Shown here: positions 55,265 through 64,000 of the stretch, one piece after another | Layout of the letters: each line of letters starts with the position of its first letter | How positions within the stretch are numbered: the first letter of the stretch is position 1 | Assembly (NCBI RefSeq): GCF_009914755.1 | Contig: NC_060929.1 | Reading direction: 5' to 3' (one strand) | Length of the DNA stretch: 64,000 bases | From: the human T2T-CHM13v2.0 reference genome, Homo sapiens | Program-made: the position numbers and the translations under genes | Notes under the pieces: model-generated | Seen by the model: only the letters and a program-made list of their open reading frames with translations | Databases searched by the model: none | Told to the model about the DNA's origin: nothing

Positions 55265-55991
55265 TGATATGGACAGGAGGCAGGGAAATACTGGGTAGAA
55301 GAGGGCTGATCTCCTACAAAGGCCCCACCCTCAAGCCTGGAAACCTGCCGCCTTAAGTAAGAACAGGCATTCCTGTTTTCATGACCAAAAGTTGTCTTTT
55401 GGCCTGCCACGCCCCTCTATCCTGTACCCATAAAAACCCCAAACCCCTGGCTCCATGAGGAGATGAACAGAAGAACAGAAAAATGGCAGAATGGCACGGC
55501 CTAGAGGAGTTCAGCTGGGGAGGTTGGAGAGGAGATTGGCCGCTGGATGGCCAAACTCCAGGAAAAGATTATCTTCTCACTCCCATCCCCCTTCCAGCTC
55601 CCCAACCATCCCACTGAGAGCCACTTCCACCACTCAATAAAACACTTGCAGTTATCCTTCAAGTCTGTGTGTGACCTGATTCTTCCTGGACACCAGACAA
55701 GGACCTGGGTACCAAGAGGTCACTGAGCTAGTTAACGCTTAAGCCATCTGCAGATGGCAAGGCTAAAACAGCGCACTGTAACACATGCCCACTTGGGCTT
55801 CAGGAGTCGCAGGCTCCCACCCCTGGATGCTGCTGTGTGGCCAAAGCCCAGGGGTACTCACCCCAGTTCCTGCACCTTCTGTCTGCATACTCCTTGTCTC
55901 ATAAGGGGTTTGAGTATGCACTCCAGCTGAACAGATGAGCCACACTCCTGTCACATATCCTGCAAGGGGGTCAGGGAACTCTCCCATTTCA
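55265..55991 (+). mobile_element. LTR1-family solo LTR (ERV1)
   Basis: TGATATGGACAGGAGGCAGGGAAATACTGGGTAGAAGAGGG...GGGAACTCTCCCATTTCA; TSD GTGT/GCAT. Confidence 0.92.
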
Positions 55992-56039
55992 GCATGTGTG
56001 ATTTTCCAGTGGTGGTGTTCAGAAGTGTGTCTCCCAATG

Positions 56040-57333
56040 GCCTATAATAGTAAAATGTGCAAAGGGAGAAATAAATTAAAGATGGAATTTATAACCAAAA
56101 GAGAACCAGAACTTAAAGAGTTGGAAAATTATCAGCCTGGTCATGTAAGGAATGAAAAGGCAAAGCATGTTGGAGAGAAAAAATCCAGGATGTGGCCAAG
56201 CAACCACTTAAGGAGATTGGTATGGATTAAAAATAAAAAAAGGAAGCCAGATGCTATTCATGAAAACAATGGAAGCATGACCCCAAAGATACTTCAGAGA
56301 TCTTCAGGGCTGACACTCCCATCAAAGGCCCAAAGTGCCAGGGCTTTGAGGGCAGAATGGATTTTGAGTGTGGGGCAGGGGCATCCCAGGGCACCTATAG
56401 GACCTCAGGGCTTATTACCCAGGGCTGTCTGAAGTCCCTATTCCCCAAATTCTGGTGCAGCTCTCCTCAGCTGCCCCAGCTGTGGTTCAAGCAGGTGCAT
56501 GTGTGGCTTAGGCTGCTGCTCCAGAAGGCACAAGTCATAAACCTTGGCAGTGTCCTGTTGGTGCTAATTCTGCAGGTTCGCAGAGTGCAAGAACTGTGGG
56601 GGCATCTTTACTTCCACCTAGATTTCACAGGATATTTCAGATAGCCTCGGGGGCTTGGCAGAGACTTGCTGCAGGGGTGGGGCTGCCACAGAGTGTCTCC
56701 ACTAGGGCAATGCCCAGAAGAACTGAGGGGTGAAGGCCACCAAAGATAGTTCCCACTAGGGCAATATTTACTAGAGTCATGAGGCAGGGCTGCTCCTGAG
56801 ATTTCAGATCTGTAGAGCCATTTACATGCAATGCTAGTCTGAAAGAGCCACAGACACCTGACTCTAACCCATGAGAACAGCAGCAAGGGCTATGCCCAGC
56901 AAAGCCATGGGGGTGGGGTCCCTCAGATCCTTGGAGACTCAATCTCCTCCCAGTATGCCTGGAAGTTGGGACATGGAGTCAAAGAAGATTATTCTCAACC
57001 CGTGATATTTAATGATTTTTGCCCTGTTGCGGTTTAGACTTACTTGTAACCTGTTACCTTTTTTTCATCTTGCTTATTTTTTTTTTCCTTTTTGTAATGA
57101 GAATGCCTATCCAATGCCCATTCCACCATTGTATTTTGAAAGTACATAACTTGTTTGATTTCACAGGTTCATAGCTGGAAAGCAGTTTGCCTCAGGATGA
57201 TATCTAGGTGAGACTCTGGACTTTAGACTTTAAATTTCATGCTGGAATGGGTTAAGATCTTTGAGGCTTTGGGATATAATGAATATATTTTTTACATGAG
57301 AAGGACACGAATTTTGAAGGGCCAGAAATGGAA
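56040..57333 (+). mobile_element. MaLR (MST/MLT1) internal region
   Basis: GAGAACCAGAACTTAAAGAGTTGGAAAATTATCAGCCTGG, GACATGGAGTCAAAGAAGATTATT, GACTCTGGACTTTAGACTT; ends in a PPT-like GAAGGGCCAGAAATGGAA. Confidence 0.85.
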
Positions 57334-57398
57334 TAATATAGTTTCAATATGTACCCTCCAAAATTCAGGTGTTGCTTACATGATAGCATTAACAGCTC
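57334..57398 (+). mobile_element. MSTC-like LTR 5' fragment (3' LTR of the MaLR, truncated)
   Basis: TAATATAGTTTCAATATGTACCCTCCAAAATTCAGGTGTTG immediately after the PPT. Confidence 0.65.
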
Positions 57399-57399
57399 T

Positions 57400-57722
57400 T
57401 CAGAAATGCAGATGATTTTGTATGTTGATTTTATATTCTGCAACTTTGCTGAATTCATTAGTTCTAACAGTTTTTTTTTTGTGTGTAGCATCTTTAGGAT
57501 TTTCTACATATAAAATTACATCACCCCTTGATAGAGATAAATTTACCTCTTCCTTTTCAACTTGGATGCCTTTTATTTATTTTTCTTGCCTAATATCTCA
57601 AGTTAGAACTTCCAGTACCGTGTTAAATAGAAGTGTTGAAAGCAGGAATTCTTGCCTTATTCCTGATATTAGAGGAAAAGTTTTCAGTCTTTTATCATTA
57701 CATGATGTTAGTTGTGGATTCT
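57400..57722 (-). mobile_element. L1M ORF2 (RT) fragment
   Basis: Translation KKKLLELMNS.. resembles L1 ORF2 KLLELINEFSK; AGAACTTCCAGTAC...GGAAAAGTTTTCAGTCTTT. Confidence 0.85.
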
Positions 57723-59796
57723 AGCTATTTTTAAGTATTATTACACCATGTCTCAATCTCCTTCTAGTTTGAAATCATGGTACAGTAAGTCTATTTCACT
57801 TAAGACATTTTTCTATTGAAAAAGCAATTTACTGGAATGCATCCTCTCCCTTTTTGCAGACGTTTAGCTAGTATGGGACTAGAAAAGCATTAGAGTGTGT
57901 TTGCTTCAATTATACCCCTGTCTTATTGTTGATGTTCCACACCTCACCTTCCCAAGGCTAATTAACTACTAGATGCCCTTCGTTCACCACCACTTCCTTC
58001 CTTTGGGTCCAAATGGGAGTATCATTTTCCTCCTTTGGATTATTTTATGTTTTATTTGGCCATACTTCAGACACACATACTTGGCTTACGTGGCATTAAT
58101 TTGTCCCCACTGATATACAGTAAAATAAGTTAGCACCTACATTTTGCATCCTTAGTTGATTAAGTTTTGTGAGTGTGGGGAATTCAGTATTTTGCAAACA
58201 GTAGGCTTCAGTAAATGTTGACTGAAGACTGGCTGAAGCCTGTGAAGTAATTTTATTATCACAGCAATTACATCTCAACAGTCATCAACAAATGCTGCTA
58301 CTTAGGACAGTAGCATTTCACAGCTGCTAATAAGATCTGTGAGACAGCACAGCTGTTGACTATCGCTGGGGATAACAAAAACATTCCAGTAAGAGCAGGA
58401 GGCAGGAAAGAGAGCAAGTGCAGCGAAAAGAAAATATAGATCTGCTTCTAATTTTAGAAGTATTTTAAAGAAGATATAATAGGAGAGCACTCAAGTTTTT
58501 AAAAGCAGCAACTGCAACAAAATTAAGCTAAAAATAAAAATTGAATTCACTTATTTTAATGTCTGAAATGCCTTCCTTTATTTTAAAAATCTAAATTATG
58601 AAAACTTCATAAAATAATTTGTTAGAACTAAAATAAAACAAATTTAAGTAAACTAAAGTTATATATTATCTAAAGCTATAGGACCAGAATATCACAACCT
58701 CCAAATATTTTCTTAAAAAAGTCAAATTTTTTTCAAGTCACCATAGAGAAGTAACTCACAACAGTATGTAAGAACAGCAGCCTGGTTTTCCTTTTGGTAA
58801 TACAGTCACTGATATAATGAATATTTAATTTCTTAAAAAAGAAAAGAAATAGCACCAGCTTTGAGCCAAATCATTCTATTTAGAAGTCAAGGATCAGTAA
58901 CTGTAAAAAATGGCGGTTACTCTCTAATCTTGTTATTAATTTCAATGAAGCCTTCAAACACATGTTTCTAAGGAAAATAAAAGAGGAATCAGTTTGAGAA
59001 TAACAGGTTGGGAGTGATGCAGATGACCTGAACATTTTCATTTACATTGCATTATTCCAAAGCAATGATTTTTAAATGTATTTATGGAAATATCTGAGAA
59101 TGAGTTTAATAATGTATTAAGCTATTGGACATTCTAAGAGCTTTTTATCTTGCTAAAGAGAAGAATTAGTAAGTGTAATTCATTTTTATAGTAACATATG
59201 TCATGGATTGTAGCATTTTTAGCATTTGTTAAATGGAGCCATGTTATTACCTTTACCTAGTTTTAGAAAGGATTTTCCCCATAAGTGGCCTCTTGATAGG
59301 GGGAGAGTCTATGAAGAAGACAGAGTGCTTTCATTCAATCACATTTCACAGAAAATTCCAAAATGGCCACAATAATTTTCTCTTTTCTTTTCAGAAGGTA
59401 ATTGAACAAATAAAGTTAAACTTCATGAGTTGTCACAAAGATGGAAGTTGTGCACTGATATCTCAATGACTGTGTTTCCTGGAAAGATGACTTTTGTGGA
59501 ATAGGATTAAATCTTTCACAGTCTAACATAGGTTACATGCAAGATAGTCTTCACAGCATCCTATGCATAAACAAGTAAATGATGCTTTATTAAAATTTTA
59601 GCACTTTTATCAATAAGCATTTCAGTTGTTCAGAGGCAATTCTTCTAGTTTCTGTTCACTTTCTGAGAATCAAAGTGACATATAAATGACCACATGGAGT
59701 TATATTTTTCTGTATTGGTTTCTTGGAAAGTTTTTTTTTTCTGCTCTTTACTTTATTAAAGGGAGAAAAATGAGGTAGCATAGAATTGTGTGAGGA

Positions 59797-60174
<378 letters not shown>

Positions 60175-61639
60175 TCAGATTTTCCATATAAAAAATGAAG
60201 ATAATATTACTTACTCAGCTTTTTGAAAGCCAACAAAATTCAATTGCTATGCAACATTGAAAATTAGTACATAAATATATAATTTTTCAAGTAGAATGAC
60301 ATTTGAACAACACTAACTCTGAGTTAGACACTCTACTACACAGAATGTCAACAACATAGATTGGAACTGTTATCCCCATCTTACAGGGGCAAAGTTAAGA
60401 CACAAAAGGATTAAGAAACTTGCTAAGTGCCTCCTATTACAACATGATGACAGTTCTTAATACGGTACCGTGGGGTCTGAGGCATTCTCTTTGGATGAGA
60501 TGGCAAATATCACCCGTCATAGTTGAAGACTTGGCTAAAACAGGCCATAACATTTCAAATGTCTGGTTAGTGAGGGTTTTACTGTGTCACTAAAGTGGCA
60601 AAACTGATAATACAACTTCTTTTCTCCATGAAGATAAACTACAACAGGCTGTGACAACCTAATGGTCCAGCTCTACTCTTGCCTATTCACTATTTGCTGC
60701 ATTTCTTTCTTTCTAGCTCCCAAGAATATGTGAACAACTGCATGGCACCTTAACAGTAGACCTGAACTTTTCATTCTGCTTCAAGTGCCTTTCTTTTTGG
60801 TTAATTGTGGTTTTCCTCTTGCTATTGGACCTTTTGCAGGACAACTCTGGACTGCTATAGCATGTTTTGAAAGGTCCATGGAAATTTCTGGTCTTTTTAG
60901 TCCTGGAAGAAGGAATTTTTTGCATTTTTTGGGGTAGGGAAGAGTTTATTTTAGATTGCCAACTCTATATTGAAGCAAATCTAGATATTTTTGGACAAAA
61001 ATATAAATATATTGACAAAGATTATCAAGGAAAATAGGGTTACCCAGCATGATTTAGGCTGTAGAATCTATACAGTGACCCTAAGGCATGCCCTGCAGAG
61101 GACAGGGAAATGCAACTGCTGCCTTGGTCCTTGCTTAGCAGCCTGTTAAGCCACTCATTACTCCAGTTAGATTTTAAAAGTATACCTAAGTACATTCCCA
61201 CTAAATGTCCACTCTTTCTTCCTCACTAGGACTTCAGTCCTAAATTCCTAGCTGCTTTCAGTGAGCTGGACTAAATGGTCATACAAAGGCAACAGACTTT
61301 GAAGTTTCTCTGTCAAAGCATAGATTAGAACTAACTACTCTTTTTACTGGTTCACATATTTAACCCTTTAGAACATGAAGTGCTTAGAAAATCCTAAGTA
61401 GCTTCATGTATCTATTCTAAAATGGGATTAGAATGCAGGAAAAATAAAAGGAAAGCAAGATGTCTTTTACTATTTTTTTTTTCTGCAAAGCTTTCTCTCA
61501 TTGATTACTTACTTCTCAGCCTGTCGCAGGTGTTCTCTGGATGGGTCTGCCTTCATGGTGCCTCTCCTCTCCCAGGAGACTGGAGAAAATGAAGCCTTTT
61601 CCAGAGTTTTTGAGGTTGCTAATGCCAAATTCTGCAAGG

Positions 61640-61959
61640 TCATAGCCAATGCATGTGCTGGGTATAAGTACATGTGAAAGCACTGAGTGAGTTGATGAAG
61701 ACCTTCGTGATTGAGGTCAAGTTTAAAGGAAGCAGCAGCAAATGTTCAGCTCCAGCAGATTTGTGTTAAGGAAATGCAGGCTCAGTTACAGCAAATCTTT
61801 AAGATTTTCCCAGAGAAAACCAGGATGCTAGGTTTCTTTTTCAAATATAAAATCTACTTTTAAAAAGTTGCCCTATATGTTATGTAAAACTCTGACATGG
61901 GCAAAAGAAAACATTTGTGGCCTTGATTTGCCCAATGGGACACAAATACGTGCCGTCTG
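61640..61959 (-). mobile_element. MER102-like hAT DNA transposon
   Basis: GGAAATGCAGGCTCAG...GATTTTCCCAGAGAAAACCAGG...GGGCAAAAGAAAACATTTGTGGCC. Confidence 0.6.
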
Positions 61960-63217
61960 CAATAAGACATGACATTTATTATCTGTTTGATGATAGATTA
62001 GACAATGTGCTCAGTGCCTTATAGCATTTATCCCAAAAAAGTTCTTTTCAGTGTGTTTGTGTGTGTACTTGTGTGTAGGATGTAACTATGTATATCCTTA
62101 AAAACTTTTCCTTTGGCTTAAGTAATGATTCTTTCTCATTTGCATCAATTTGAGCAATTTATATTAGCTTGGCTTAATTGTGAACTGCTCCACACAGACT
62201 TCTATAACAGTGATGTCTCCTAGCTCTGGAATTAACTTCCATATATTTTCTATACCATTAATTTGCTATTTAACAAACACTATTTTATGATATCTGTTAT
62301 AACTGTTACTCTTTTATTGCTCAACTTTTCTTGAATATTATGTCTTGTTTCCCAAGGTAGATTACAAGCTTTTTTAGTGAAAGGATTACATAGACATTTT
62401 TCTTAGTCTCTTCTAGAGAAGTGTGTATGTGCAAGGTGGGTTTTTGACTATTTGGGTGAATATGTTTAAAGTCAGTAACTCTACGCCAAGACATCAATGT
62501 AGACTTAATTTCTTAATTAAAATGTTATAATAATAGCTATCTATTGCATTCTTGGTAGGCACCATGATAAAGTCTTAAAAACCTTATTAGTTTGGTATTA
62601 TTGGCTCTGTTTTATGGAGGCAAAAAAAAAAAAAGCCTGAGGCTTGAAAAGTTTTTTGGCCAAGTCACACATAAGTTGCAAAGTGAGTGTGGACTTTAAT
62701 ATTAAAAACACCAATAATAGGCATTAATAATTGTGTGGAAAGTATAACTGAAAAGATAAAATAATTCCTAACCAGGAGGGTAAGTCATCCAGAACACAAC
62801 AAATAGTATCATGAAGAGGATTTAAATACAGGTGTTGTAAGTCTCCATCCTCAGATAAATGTGAATACTAATAGACTCATTATTCTGAGTGCCGACAGCA
62901 GTGCTTTAGCTATTCTCAACTTTTTAAATATAACATTTCCTCTTCTACAATTACCTATCTTGAAAGGATGAATTAATTCTTTCAAAAACCTGGCGACCAG
63001 AGTCATAAAAAAAGAATGTTGGAATTAGAAGAGATTTAAAAAATTACTTGGCCTAACCTATGCATTATCAAATGAGAGATATACACACAGAACGAGATTT
63101 GCTCAAGTACATACTACCCAAAAATATTAGAATCAGTACAAGCTTTTCCATATAATAAAATAAAATAATAAAACCATTTTATTCTTAGGAAATTACTACA
63201 GTTTATTTTAGATAGCC

Positions 63218-63582
63218 TGATATGGTTTAGCTCCCAAATCTCATCTGAAATTGTAATCCCCACATGTTGGGGGAAGGATCTAGTGGGAGGTGATTGGATC
63301 ATTGGGGGCGGATTTCCCCCTTGCTGTTCTTGTGATAGTGAGGGTGTTCTCACAAGATATGATCGTTTAAAAATGCGTGACACTTCCCTGCCTCCTTCTG
63401 CTCTGCTACAGTAAGACGTGCTTGCTTCCCCTTTGCCTTCCACCATGACTGTAAGTTTCCTGAGGCTTCCTAGTCACGCTTCCTGTACAGCCTATGGAAA
63501 CATGAGTCAATTAAACTTCTTTTCTTCATAAATTACCCAGCCTCAGGAAGTTCCTTATAGCAGTGTGAGAACGAGCTAAGCA
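63218..63582 (+). mobile_element. MSTA MaLR solo LTR
   Basis: TGATATGGTTTAGCTCCCAAATCTCATC...GTGGGAGGTGATTGGATC...TAAATTACCCAG...TTATAGCAGTGTGAGAAC. Confidence 0.92.
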
Positions 63583-64000
63583 TGCTGGGACCTCATCTCT
63601 TGATTGAGAGAGAACAAATGCAAATAGTTGTCAGCAGAGAATTCTTGATCCTGATTGACAATGGTAGTTCTCTACATTGATCTGAGCTAGCTGGATGGAG
63701 GAAGATATGGTAGATGATGCTCATAATAATAAAATGATGCAGGAAATATATAGTTCCTAGATTCTAGTAAATATAACTGAACTCTTCAAGAAAAGGAATT
63801 GTATTTTGCCGGGTTTGATTTTCCAGCAAACAGCTAAGTGCATAACACTTGTTGCTGAAAGGAATAGTGGAGGTTTTCTTTCTGCTTCTGATCCAATTGT
63901 CATTTGATGATTATTTTCTACCTGTCATGCCCTGTGCCTTGACTCTCATCTATATTAATCTCATTTAATTCCCACTAAAAGAGAACAAAACAAAATCACG

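Noticed and set aside
55935-56432. Longest ORF in the window (165 aa)
   Set aside because: Starts inside LTR1 and runs into MaLR internal sequence; no evidence of a domesticated gene from sequence alone.
60444-60526. Box C/D snoRNA-like arrangement (ATGATGA ... CTGA ... GGATGA) with palindrome ACGGTACCGT
   Set aside because: No canonical terminal D box or closing stem, and no guide complementarity I can recognise; a snoscan/Rfam search would settle it.

Overview
AT-rich, CpG-depleted primate (very likely human) genomic DNA. I found no supportable protein-coding gene: every ORF in the track is short and is either repeat-derived (Alu, L1 ORF2 remnants, LTR, MaLR internal) or consistent with chance. 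The left half (1-32.5 kb) is almost entirely nested retroelements. It holds three minus-strand, non-coding MER4-group ERV1 proviruses: two with both LTRs, PBS and PPT, and one running off the left window edge. It also holds a near-full-length L1PA15/16 inserted in an older L1M, plus Alus and solo LTRs inserted into these. The right half has solo LTRs (LTR17/HERV-W, LTR28, LTR1, MER41, MSTA, MLT1), a MaLR internal, DNA-transposon fossils (MER6 with nested MER30, MER3, MER102), MIR/L2 fragments and a ~6 kb repeat-poor block (46.4-52.7 kb) that may contain conserved regulatory or lncRNA sequence. The most notable observations are a decayed tRNA-Glu embedded in sense orientation in the 5' part of all three proviruses, a 135-bp tandem duplication spanning the L1 5' junction, a 30-bp-arm inverted repeat at 39 kb and several perfect palindromes in the repeat-poor block. 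Repeat family names come from recognition of consensus motifs by eye, not a database search, so subfamily calls are approximate. I do not see convincing evidence of a new gene system.
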